Source: a virus. From it: DNA of 64,000 nucleotides. The position numbers were made by a program, and so were the translations under genes. Position 1 is the first letter of the stretch, and the number at the start of each line of letters is the position of its first letter. The notes beneath the pieces were generated by a model. It made no database searches and was not told the DNA's origin. It was given only the letters and a program-made list of their open reading frames with translations. The DNA lies in IMG/VR virus record IMGVR_UViG_3300025466_000014. The stretch is one strand, 5' to 3'. Shown piece by piece: positions 55,922 through 64,000 of the stretch.

Positions 55922-58900
55922 ATTCTTTTAGGGCTTCTTTTATTTGTTTATCTAAATTAGGCACGTTTAGCAAAGGCCATTTAGATTGGAGAAATACGCG
56001 CACTTCCTTGTTACGCCAAGGCTCTAGAACTTCTTTCATAATCTCTTTGGCGTCGCCTGTCAGAATCTTTAAGCTAACGCCTTCTTTAACCGATTCATCT
56101 AACTTCTTAATTAAGTCAGGAATAGCCCAATCCCACTTCTTGGTTAACGTATCTTTGATACCTACCTCGACTTCAATCTCAGGCTCTACAGAGAATTTAA
56201 GCCCAAACTCTTTGTCATAAGCCTGTGCAATGCCATAAGTAGACTCATACTGCAAGATATGAATGAACGGCAAAACCATAGCGTAGGGAACTGTGTAGTA
56301 TTGCGCGTCATGAACTATACGGTTAAACTTAAGCGGGCTCTTTTTGTCTATACCTAGCATTTTCTCAATGACGGGTCTAAATTCAAAATAGGACACCATA
56401 ATAAGTCTAGAGGACTTTACAGCAATTTCAGATGCAAAACCTTGAATAGGTGCGTTCATACCACGACGAACCTGTCGGGATACAATCTTCTTATCTTTGG
56501 TCATCGCTGCATAAAGATGCCTAATACGGCCAATAGGTGAATACACGTAGTATTCTTCCGTAGCCATTTTTTGCATACGCAACACCCATTGATGACCGCG
56601 TGGAAACTCTTTAAACATCTTGTCGATAATGCCTTGCGCAAATTCGGTGCGGTCGTCTTCTACCAGTTCTTCATATTGTTTCTCTAGTTCAGCTAACTTC
56701 TTTTTATCGTTGGCTTTATGGGCTTCACCAATCTTTTCCTTTAGAGCATTAAACTCAGTAAGCTTAATGTCTACTCCCAACGTCTGAGCACTCTTACCGT
56801 ACAAAGTACCGAACACCACCTGCTTAATAGCATCGCGTAAAGGGTCAGCTTTTTCAATCCACCTATCAAAAAAGCGTTTAACGTTCTGAATGTGAACGTC
56901 ACCTTTAGTTTTTAGTTCTATCTTAATTGCTTCTGTTGGCGTCTGTATCCATTGCTGACGTAGAGCTTGACCTGCTTTAAAGGCCGCCGCTAGTGCCATG
57001 TCTTTAGCAACAATAGACCAACCACGAACCTCATGTGCAGAGTAGTCGAAACGAATCTGAAGGCATCCGTCTTCAGTAATAAACATTTCCTTAATAATCT
57101 TAGCCAGCTTACCACGTGAAGGAATGTTTTGAAGATTAGGGTCACCTGAGCCTAAGCGTCCAGTATCAACTACAAAAAAGTAATAGTCTGCACGTAGGCA
57201 GGAATCGTAAATAGCATCTAATTCTCTAGTAAGCTTCTTGTACCAACCTTTAGCGTAAGTAGAGAGTAGTTTAGAGGCAGATTGAAATTCACCAAATTTG
57301 GCTACTAAAAAGTTTCGGTCTTTGTAGTATTCAATAAACTTCTTATCTACAGCAGGCCCACCAGACTTCGTCTTACCTGTAGGCTTTAAGCCCATTGTTT
57401 CAAAAAAGAGCTTGAGCTTATGCGCACCTTTGGTGAAGGAAAAAACCCATTGGCTTTTAGTACCGCCGCCAAATAAAGAATTGGCCTTAAATCCGGACTC
57501 AGACAAAAGCTCTTTGTTTGCTTTTTGAACCTCTGGGAAGGTCTTAAATTCGTCGCGTAGCTCTTCAATAGCCTGCGTTAGTTTAGAGCCAGGCGCAATT
57601 AGTTCTCGAAGATATTTTTTGTCAATCTTAGACCCAGCGTCTTTTAAATGTGACAGCTGATGCACGGTGTCAGACATTTGATGACGCATGTGACGTTCAA
57701 ACATAGGGAGATAGTTCTTATCTCCAATGCTTTTCTTGGCCGCACGGTCCATCTGGGCAGTTCTAATATGCAGAATTGAAACTACGTCAGTAGCACCATA
57801 AAGCAAAAAGTCATTGTCTGAAGGAGAGACTTGACCTGTGGTGTTTCTGTCTTCTTTGCCAAATTTCATGTCTCCGCTTAGGTAGGTGTCGTTACCGTAA
57901 GCGCAGTATACCGCCGCCAAGCCTCCGCTCTTAATGCCTAGAGAGGCCAAGCTAGATATGTTCTCATCTAGCAAATGCTCACCTGCAGTAATCTCCCACA
58001 AGGTCAGATAGATAACTTCTAGCTTAAGAGCTTGTCGAATAATCCTTAAGTCGAACGTTCCGTTAAAGGCTACAAGTTCAGGGCCTTTAGGAGCACCAAG
58101 CCGTTTTTTCAGTTCGCGCTTAATGTACTTTCGCTCTTCGGGAGAGAACGGGTTATCTTTATGCGGATGGTCTACCGGTATAACGTAGCCCTTTAGGGGA
58201 TCTGTGTCAAAAGCAAACTGAATTGTATAAATTGCGTTATGGTGTACTGTCAAATTCTTGGTTTCAGTATCCACCGCAGCCACTTTAGCTGCGTCGAACC
58301 TACGCATAACAGAATCAAATTTCTTTATATTATCCACATAGCCTGGGTTGGCAACCACGTGCGCGAGTGAGTGCGGTAATTTACCTATTAAAAGGTTTGC
58401 CAAATGCCTACACCAGAACCCTAAGAGGTTAGCGTACAGCCCGTCTTTTTCCATCAGACGAGTAAAGTCCAAAGATGAGGCTACTTTTCTATTGTCTATA
58501 TCGTATACCCAGCCGTTTTTGTGCTCTGCATTAGCAGTAGGGTAAAGCAGATTTAGGTCACCTGAAAAAAATACGTGCGTAGGGTCTAGGTGTTCAATTA
58601 GTTTTAAAACGCGATTTTTAAACTCAGCCTCAGCCTCAGCCCGAGCATGACCCTTTAGGTTAAGATGTTTCTTGTCGTTAAAGTTAACAACAGCAAAGCT
58701 GGGTTGAGAGATGTTTTTGTACAGGCGTGCTTGAGTTACCGCGTACTTTAAGACGTGCGTGAGATGTGGCGTAGATACCAGTTCACGAGCCTTGAGGTCT
58801 TCTGTTGAAACCGTTTGTAGAATTACCAAAACACGGAATTTAGAAGACCTCCAATCGACATCCGCTTTTAGCGTGAGGTCGTAGCCTAAGGAGGGAACAT

Positions 58901-58994
58901 TTTTAGGCGTAAAACTTTTTTGTAGCATTAGGAACCTTTGCAGGCATTTAAAAATTAGAGAATTAAGACTTAAGCTTCTTTCGTAGCTCTTCAA
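55902..58994 (-). CDS. polA: family A DNA polymerase with 3'-5' exonuclease and N-terminal UDG-like domain
   Basis: Exo I VDTET, Exo II FNGTFD, Exo III YGATD; TGRLGSGDPNLQNIP, motif A DYSAHE, motif B RDAIKQVVFGTLYG, motif C VHD; true start may be MLQKSF. Confidence 0.94.
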   Translation of the reverse strand: MKSYERSLSLNSLIFKCLQRFLMLQKSFTPKNVPSLGYDLTLKADVDWRSSKFRVLVILQTVSTEDLKARELVSTPHLTHVLKYAVTQARLYKNISQPSFAVVNFNDKKHLNLKGHARAEAEAEFKNRVLKLIEHLDPTHVFFSGDLNLLYPTANAEHKNGWVYDIDNRKVASSLDFTRLMEKDGLYANLLGFWCRHLANLLIGKLPHSLAHVVANPGYVDNIKKFDSVMRRFDAAKVAAVDTETKNLTVHHNAIYTIQFAFDTDPLKGYVIPVDHPHKDNPFSPEERKYIKRELKKRLGAPKGPELVAFNGTFDLRIIRQALKLEVIYLTLWEITAGEHLLDENISSLASLGIKSGGLAAVYCAYGNDTYLSGDMKFGKEDRNTTGQVSPSDNDFLLYGATDVVSILHIRTAQMDRAAKKSIGDKNYLPMFERHMRHQMSDTVHQLSHLKDAGSKIDKKYLRELIAPGSKLTQAIEELRDEFKTFPEVQKANKELLSESGFKANSLFGGGTKSQWVFSFTKGAHKLKLFFETMGLKPTGKTKSGGPAVDKKFIEYYKDRNFLVAKFGEFQSASKLLSTYAKGWYKKLTRELDAIYDSCLRADYYFFVVDTGRLGSGDPNLQNIPSRGKLAKIIKEMFITEDGCLQIRFDYSAHEVRGWSIVAKDMALAAAFKAGQALRQQWIQTPTEAIKIELKTKGDVHIQNVKRFFDRWIEKADPLRDAIKQVVFGTLYGKSAQTLGVDIKLTEFNALKEKIGEAHKANDKKKLAELEKQYEELVEDDRTEFAQGIIDKMFKEFPRGHQWVLRMQKMATEEYYVYSPIGRIRHLYAAMTKDKKIVSRQVRRGMNAPIQGFASEIAVKSSRLIMVSYFEFRPVIEKMLGIDKKSPLKFNRIVHDAQYYTVPYAMVLPFIHILQYESTYGIAQAYDKEFGLKFSVEPEIEVEVGIKDTLTKKWDWAIPDLIKKLDESVKEGVSLKILTGDAKEIMKEVLEPWRNKEVRVFLQSKWPLLNVPNLDKQIKEALKEYDSKQS

Positions 58995-59181
58995 GCTTAA
59001 TTTTTACGTAGTCAGGAGAAGGCTGCGGCAAACCTACCAAAGAGCAGAACTGCTCAATTGAAAGGTCGTCGTGTGTGTATTTACAGTTGTTAGTCTTTCG
59101 ATGTTGCCAATAGCAGGCACCTTGCGGCAAAGGGCAGGTCTTAGTAGGAAGCTGTTCGTGTATTGCAATACAGAAGGCCAT
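58963..59181 (-). CDS. small Cys-rich hypothetical protein
   Basis: TAAATG coupling; C..C..C pattern. Confidence 0.55.
   Translation of the reverse strand: MAFCIAIHEQLPTKTCPLPQGACYWQHRKTNNCKYTHDDLSIEQFCSLVGLPQPSPDYVKIKLEELRKKLKS
59078..59088 (-). promoter_or_regulatory. putative phage promoter AACTGTAAATA upstream of polA
   Basis: Exact motif, inside the small upstream ORF. Confidence 0.45.
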
Positions 59182-59472
59182 TTAAGCTACCTCTCTTTGC
59201 TCTAAATCTAGCTCAAATTTTCTTCTAACAATTGCCTTTAACGTATCTTCTTTTCTAACAATTTGTTTTTTCAGAACATCAATTTCTCTATCAAAAGTGT
59301 TTATTAGATAGGCAAGAGCTTTATCTCTATCTTCAAACAATATACCTGAGGGTACCTTAATTGATTTTCCAGACTCCAAGATGCCTACAGTAGTTAGTAC
59401 CCCTTGGCGAGTAACCTCTAGGGGCTGGAACATTAGCTCTGGGTTTGTTGAGGCAATGCAAAGTGTAGTCAT
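59182..59472 (-). CDS. hypothetical protein
   Basis: Overlaps the sbcD stop. Confidence 0.65.
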   Translation of the reverse strand: MTTLCIASTNPELMFQPLEVTRQGVLTTVGILESGKSIKVPSGILFEDRDKALAYLINTFDREIDVLKKQIVRKEDTLKAIVRRKFELDLEQREVA

Positions 59473-60488
59473 TTAGATTCCTTTAGTAATTTAGAACGTA
59501 AGGCTATTGTTTGCTTTTTCTGCTCTTTTGAAACATCTTGATTTTTAAGCCACTCGACAAAAAACTCTCTAGAAGAAATCTCAATCTCTGAGCCTGAGGA
59601 CAAATCTTCTATGCGAGCCAACGCCAAGTCTTTTTCGCTTTTAACGGAACGTACTTTAACTACGTTCAAATCACCGTAGTCCTTGGTAGTTATCTCACAG
59701 CCTTCCAACAGAATAAGCTTTACCAAGTCTCTAGGGGAGGCTGGTATGTTTTTTAAATCCCTTTTAGTCTTAACCTCTACAGAATGCAGCGTGTAGATGT
59801 TTTTAACTGGAATGTTAAAGACTTCCCAGGAGCCGTCGTAAACAATGTGGTGAAAGAACTTTTCAGGAGCCTCGCCAAAGTTTGTTTGATACAGCGTACC
59901 GGAGTAATGGGTGTTGCGTATTTTCTGCTTAGTGTGGATATGGCCCATAACGCTGGCTGCCTTAGAGGCCGGCAAATCCTCAGCATCTAAAAGACGCCCC
60001 GAATCTGTTTTAGCTCCCTTTACGTCTATGTGACCCACATTAAGCAAATTTGATCGGCTCTTAAAAGAAGCCGATGGCCATGACATAAAGTTTACAAGAG
60101 CATCACCGAATTTAACTACCTTGCTATCGTCCTTGTAGAGAACAAAATTTGGTATCTTCATTGCCTCAATAAGCTGCAATGAATGCCCTGCAGAAGAATC
60201 TATGGCTACCTTATCGTGGTTACCCAAAATCACATGAAATTTTAAATTCGGATTACTCCTAAAAAGAGTTAGCAAGGCTAGTTGACCTTCATAACTCATT
60301 CTAGTGCTTTCACAAATATCTCCGTATAGGAATATTTCTGTAATGGCTCTTTTCTTTGCAAACTCTAAACACTGGTCGACTAGGCGCATAACAAACCTAT
60401 CATGGTTTTTTATATAGGAAGCCAAGCCGCCTTTGCCTAGAGTGTCTGTTAAATGCAAATCACCTATACCAACTGCTTCAAATGTCAT
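59469..60488 (-). CDS. sbcD: SbcD/Mre11/gp47-like nuclease
   Basis: IGDLHL, YGDICE, LGNHD, GHID, MGHIH. Confidence 0.88.
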   Translation of the reverse strand: MTFEAVGIGDLHLTDTLGKGGLASYIKNHDRFVMRLVDQCLEFAKKRAITEIFLYGDICESTRMSYEGQLALLTLFRSNPNLKFHVILGNHDKVAIDSSAGHSLQLIEAMKIPNFVLYKDDSKVVKFGDALVNFMSWPSASFKSRSNLLNVGHIDVKGAKTDSGRLLDAEDLPASKAASVMGHIHTKQKIRNTHYSGTLYQTNFGEAPEKFFHHIVYDGSWEVFNIPVKNIYTLHSVEVKTKRDLKNIPASPRDLVKLILLEGCEITTKDYGDLNVVKVRSVKSEKDLALARIEDLSSGSEIEISSREFFVEWLKNQDVSKEQKKQTIALRSKLLKESK

Positions 60489-60512
60489 TTTAGATTTTTT
60501 TAGTAAAAACAG

Positions 60513-60523
60513 TATTTATAATT
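60513..60523 (-). promoter_or_regulatory. putative phage promoter AATTATAAATA
   Basis: TATAAATA 25 nt before the sbcD ATG. Confidence 0.5.
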
Positions 60524-60926
60524 AAACGTCTAAAGGGCTTATTGCCGCCTGTTCTTTTTGGTATCCCTTAAAGATTTCCTGAGTTACGTAATGTACAGTG
60601 TAGGCCTCAAACTCAGAACCTGCTTCTACCTCGCGCATAAATTTTTTGCAGGCTTGCATAACGTGTGTAGCCTCATGAGCTATTAAGCCTACTTTAGTTG
60701 AAAGGTCCCATGAATAATCTATTTTCATACATAGAATAACAGATGGAGCATCTTCCTCGGTACCAGAAAAATGATGCAGAGTCGCAGCGGCGCCTTCTGT
60801 TACAAAAGCGGAGAAATCTTTTATTTTACGCCTAGACATCTCAGCTTTATAGGCAGCCTCGTGAAAGGTATAGCCTACATCTAAAAACACAGGGCCCATG
60901 TGTATGTAATTTATGCGGTTTTTCAT
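60522..60926 (-). CDS. HExxH zincin-like hypothetical protein
   Basis: LIAHEATH..EFEAY. Confidence 0.7.
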   Translation of the reverse strand: MKNRINYIHMGPVFLDVGYTFHEAAYKAEMSRRKIKDFSAFVTEGAAATLHHFSGTEEDAPSVILCMKIDYSWDLSTKVGLIAHEATHVMQACKKFMREVEAGSEFEAYTVHYVTQEIFKGYQKEQAAISPLDV

Positions 60927-60969
60927 TTGCGGCTAAACGTTGAACAGTCTAGGAATTTGTGCAAAGCAA

Positions 60970-61233
60970 TTAAGATTCTTTATGCCATTTCTGAAAAAGC
61001 TCAAGCTTTATCTCTGCACGAGCATCTATGTTTCTATGATTTAGTTGCAGACTGTCAATCACAAAATCAATAGCTGCTTTTGCATCCGCTATCTCTTCTT
61101 CTAGACGTAAAAACAAATTACCTTTGCCGTCCGGATGCTTGCCGCCCGGGTAGTTTTGTAGTTTTCCTACTACCTGCAAAACTTCTCCGAATTCTTCTGT
61201 TAGCTTTGCCAAACCGTTTAAGGCCATTGCCAT
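60970..61233 (-). CDS. MazG-like pyrophosphohydrolase
   Basis: KLTEEFGEVLQ..LEEEIADAKAAI. Confidence 0.8.
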   Translation of the reverse strand: MAMALNGLAKLTEEFGEVLQVVGKLQNYPGGKHPDGKGNLFLRLEEEIADAKAAIDFVIDSLQLNHRNIDARAEIKLELFQKWHKES

Positions 61234-61253
61234 TGTGTATTCCTTTGATTTCC

Positions 61254-61589
61254 CTAGAGGGTTTCTTTTAACTTTTCAATCTCTTTGGTAACCCAGTATT
61301 CATTGAAAGCTACTTGAGGATGATTGTTTCTAAAAGCCTCGGCTGAATAGTGGTTGTAAAGGTGGTTAGCTGTTTTATCTAAAATGCTTTTTAAAGTATC
61401 TGTAGTCTCTTCAAAGTACGCTAGGTCAGTTTCCAGAACTTCACACCAAATGCGTTCAGGGCTATCAACTTTTGAAAACTGATGCCAGCCACGACTACGA
61501 CCCAGGTACACCAATCTTTCTGGCTGACCTTTCCAGTTATAGAAACCACCTGTTTTAAGATTCAAAGGCTTTGTCATGTAACTTTCCAA
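61254..61589 (-). CDS. hypothetical protein
   Basis: GGFYNWKGQPERLVYLG..WHQF..VW small phage domain; start may be MTKPL. Confidence 0.7.
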   Translation of the reverse strand: MESYMTKPLNLKTGGFYNWKGQPERLVYLGRSRGWHQFSKVDSPERIWCEVLETDLAYFEETTDTLKSILDKTANHLYNHYSAEAFRNNHPQVAFNEYWVTKEIEKLKETL

Positions 61590-61774
61590 CCTGTAATCGG
61601 GTCTGGTAAAAGAGGGAGAGGAGTAGACGTTTGAAAATCTAACCTGGTGGGAAAAAACGTAACCTTTTTAAGAGAACCGTCTGGGTGGTACTCCATAGTC
61701 TGAATTAGAGGGCAGACTCTTTCGTGAATCTGCCCGCAATACGGACAGTTAACACTAGGATGACCTATTAGCAT
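61574..61774 (-). CDS. small zinc-ribbon protein
   Basis: CPYCGQIH..CP. Confidence 0.6.
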   Translation of the reverse strand: MLIGHPSVNCPYCGQIHERVCPLIQTMEYHPDGSLKKVTFFPTRLDFQTSTPLPLLPDPITGWKVT

Positions 61775-61952
61775 AGCTACCCTTTGCTCTTAATTCGGCT
61801 GCGGCCTTTGCCGCTTCTTCGGAGACATAAGATTTGCCAGTAGAACGGACGATAAAGCCTCCACTTAGCCCCCCGTTAATTACTCTATCTATAATCTCAC
61901 CGTCAGGCTTTACAAGCCATTGTTCGTAATAATCTCTTTGTTGCCATTCCAT
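61755..61952 (-). CDS. hypothetical protein
   Basis: SD GGAGG; tightly packed. Confidence 0.65.
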   Translation of the reverse strand: MEWQQRDYYEQWLVKPDGEIIDRVINGGLSGGFIVRSTGKSYVSEEAAKAAAELRAKGSYANRSS

Positions 61953-61953
61953 T

Positions 61954-62751
61954 TTAACCTCCCTGCTGGGTACTAAGATTAGGCGCGGTGTTGAGTTGAA
62001 TTACTTTAGGAGGGACTTCGTTGCCGTTAGGCTGAGACTCATTGAAAAGTGGCTGACCTACGGTTCTACCAGAGTTAAAATGCACAGGGTCTTGCGGTAC
62101 AACCTTACCAATCCTTGTTGATGTGTCTTTTGAAGTACCTGCTGCCTTATTCGCGTCAGAGTAAGGATTAGGTTTTAACAAATTTATCTCAAAAGAAACT
62201 GTCCTGCGTGGGCCGTCAAAGTGACCGCTTGGGACAGAGTGTTTAATGTGCGATTCCCACAGAAACAAATCGCCTTCACGCGGGCCCACGCTCCAATTAT
62301 CAGAGTTAAAAGCAGTTGGAACAGCCGCTTCTAAACTAGCTCTGTCAAAGCGAGACTGAAATCCTGAGAAGAGGGTGCCTGGCGTTCCGTGAGGCATGTT
62401 AACATAGAAGACGCCAGAGAAGTGACTACCGTAATGAGAGTGAGGTGCAATGTTCTGCCCTGCATTTAGCTCATTAAGCCAAATACGCGGAACAGAGACT
62501 TGAAGTCCTTTGGTTGCATACCCAAGTTTAGCCGCAAAAACAAGAGCTTGAAACTTAAGATAAGCCACCAGCTGCGGTGCCTCAATTAGTGTCTCAGTGT
62601 GTACCGAGGTGCTGTGACTCTGCAAGCTTGTTAGATACCCTGCGTCATTTTGCAGTACCGGGTACTTAATAAAAAGCTCTTTACCTTCTTCTATAAGCCA
62701 GGGGGCGGTAAACTCTGCAATTGCGATTGAGAACGGTTGATTGACGATCAT
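61954..62751 (-). CDS. 2OG-Fe(II) dioxygenase (TIGR02466-like)
   Basis: WLNEL..PHSH..FSGVFYV..P..GDLFLWESHIKHSV..RRTVSF. Confidence 0.85.
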   Translation of the reverse strand: MIVNQPFSIAIAEFTAPWLIEEGKELFIKYPVLQNDAGYLTSLQSHSTSVHTETLIEAPQLVAYLKFQALVFAAKLGYATKGLQVSVPRIWLNELNAGQNIAPHSHYGSHFSGVFYVNMPHGTPGTLFSGFQSRFDRASLEAAVPTAFNSDNWSVGPREGDLFLWESHIKHSVPSGHFDGPRRTVSFEINLLKPNPYSDANKAAGTSKDTSTRIGKVVPQDPVHFNSGRTVGQPLFNESQPNGNEVPPKVIQLNTAPNLSTQQGG

Positions 62752-62787
62752 TAGGTTTCCTTTTAAATGTATTGCGTATTTACAATA

Positions 62788-63156
62788 TTAGCCCATAGGC
62801 CAGATAAGTTTGCTAAGAAAATTTGCTAATTTATCTTTGTAATTTAGCTTTAGTGGCTTTGCAATAGACTTAGGCAAGTTTTCAGGATTTTTATAAAAAT
62901 CTAATTCGGCCAAAAACTGTTCCCGGTCAACTAGGGCTTCTTGAAGTTCCTGTTCTTTGGCAGCAAGTTTATCTGTTAGCAGCTCGCAATGTTGCGTTAG
63001 ATTGTAGTAGCTTTGATTTTCTTTATTTTTAATTTGCAGGACTAAAAAATCAATTGTCATTGCGGCTTCATGCGCAAGTTTAGCATCCGCTAAAGTATGA
63101 GTGCTTGCGGTTAATTGGGAAAGACGTCTCGAAACGTCTATTGCTTTCTCAATCAT
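62788..63156 (-). CDS. coiled-coil hypothetical protein
   Basis: Start MIEKAI is coupled (ATGA) to the upstream small ORF. Confidence 0.65.
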   Translation of the reverse strand: MIEKAIDVSRRLSQLTASTHTLADAKLAHEAAMTIDFLVLQIKNKENQSYYNLTQHCELLTDKLAAKEQELQEALVDREQFLAELDFYKNPENLPKSIAKPLKLNYKDKLANFLSKLIWPMG

Positions 63157-63263
63157 TTTCGCCCCGCAAAAGCCACAAGAGGCGAAACAACAATGGTTAG
63201 CATTACAATAAAACCGAACCAAATCCAGAAACTAGAGAAAATAAATTGGAGTATTTCAAGCAT
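63153..63263 (-). CDS. 36-aa single-TM membrane protein (below ORF-track cutoff)
   Basis: MLEILQFIFSSFWIWFGFIVMLTIVVSPLVAFAGRK*; fills the gap; stop overlaps the next ATG. Confidence 0.6.
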   Translation of the reverse strand: MLEILQFIFSSFWIWFGFIVMLTIVVSPLVAFAGRK

Positions 63264-63279
63264 GATTATTTCTTTTATG

Positions 63280-63588
63280 TTACCGCGTGTTACCGGGAGA
63301 TTTAAAGTCTTGCATTAGGTCTGCGTTTACAGCATTCTTGTAAACAGTCGGTACGTCTAATTCATTTGTGGCGTTTGTGGTTATGGCAGTCTCCAGTGCC
63401 CTTCTGGCAGACATTTTGGTCAATGTAGCAGCCTCAACCTGATGACCTTCCTCAATTGCGTTAGCAAGACGTACTGCTGCATTGGCATAATTATCAGCAA
63501 GAAACATAAGTTCATTTTTTGTCATTGAATAATTCTCCATATCTAGATTATAGTAGGGCACGTAGAATGCCTGACCTTTTAAAGACAC
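63280..63588 (-). CDS. hypothetical protein
   Basis: Start uncertain (63588, or internal MENYS/MTKNE). Confidence 0.6.
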   Translation of the reverse strand: MSLKGQAFYVPYYNLDMENYSMTKNELMFLADNYANAAVRLANAIEEGHQVEAATLTKMSARRALETAITTNATNELDVPTVYKNAVNADLMQDFKSPGNTR

Positions 63589-63591
63589 TAT

Positions 63592-63849
63592 TTATAGCTC
63601 TCGCCACTCTACAGGCAGCTGAGGAGGCGGAGCAGCTACACCAACCACCTCAAGCACACAGAACTCTTCGTTATACCTGGATGCCAGTCTAGAGGCTTCT
63701 GCTTTTGCAGCCTCCAGAGAGGGGTGGCGTACACTAGGAAAACCGCCAGTTAACTTCCATACTGCCCAAAATTTGGGATTTTCAGTCTTTAATAGTTTAT
63801 CCTTGGTCATGTTCTTAAAATCAGCCTTTGCTGACTTCCTCAGGTTCAT
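63592..63849 (-). CDS. hypothetical phage protein
   Basis: FWAVW..P..RHPSLEAAKAEASRLA pattern. Confidence 0.7.
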   Translation of the reverse strand: MNLRKSAKADFKNMTKDKLLKTENPKFWAVWKLTGGFPSVRHPSLEAAKAEASRLASRYNEEFCVLEVVGVAAPPPQLPVEWREL

Positions 63850-64000
63850 GGTTAATTACGCGTATTGAGACACATATCTCTTCTAAATCGTATTCTTCCT
63901 GAATCGAAACTTCTAGTTCGTCTTCGCCTTCTGCACTGTCTTTACTAGGACGCTTTAAAAGTAGTGTGCCGTAACCTTCTTCGTCATCAAAGACTTCGTC
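63821..64000 (-). CDS. acidic hypothetical protein, 5'-truncated by window edge
   Basis: Open frame DEVFDDEEGYG..EPEEVSKG* read by hand. Confidence 0.55.
   Translation of the reverse strand, partial: DEVFDDEEGYGTLLLKRPSKDSAEGEDELEVSIQEEYDLEEICVSIRVINHEPEEVSKG

Noticed and set aside
1-64000. tRNA genes, introns/inteins, stop-codon recoding
   Set aside because: No T-loop/cloverleaf pattern noticed by eye (tRNAscan not run); polA, dnaB and helicases are uninterrupted and of normal size; TAA, TAG and TGA all end genes

Overview
64 kb from a large lytic tailed phage with a contractile tail (myovirus). Gene content (PolA, DnaN-like clamp, DnaB, DnaG, TopoIB, large SNF2 ATPase) suggests the Lu11/PaBG/Y3-like jumbo phages; this is an inference and was not searched. 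Standard genetic code; no tRNA, CRISPR array or integrase seen. Layout: 1-10.4 kb (+) replication/recombination block (dNMP kinase, SbcC, beta-clamp, UvsY/UvsW-like, DnaB). 10.5-42.8 kb (-) head/tail and virion-cargo block (tube, sheath, MCP, scaffold, prohead protease, two papain-fold proteins, SNF2, SprT, NUDIX, TopoIB). 43-64 kb (-) nucleotide metabolism, a 7-deazaguanine cluster, primase, PolA, SbcD and small genes. Two candidate undescribed systems stand out. (1) A shared ~12-residue leader, M-K/E-L-x-A-K/A-x-R-L-x-A, on at least 8 unrelated proteins, one carrying a DarA_C-like domain. It looks like a capsid-targeting and cleavage signal, with an inferred [ILV]-x-A prohead-protease site also found in the MCP and scaffold. 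(2) A 7-deazaguanine pathway (FolE/QueD/QueE/DpdA-like) with no QueC in the window, but with a second QueD-fold protein, a GT-B glycosyltransferase, a PIG-L deacetylase, a PP-loop enzyme and a kinase-nucleotidyltransferase fusion, suggesting a new DNA hypermodification. All domain calls are from motif recognition by eye.
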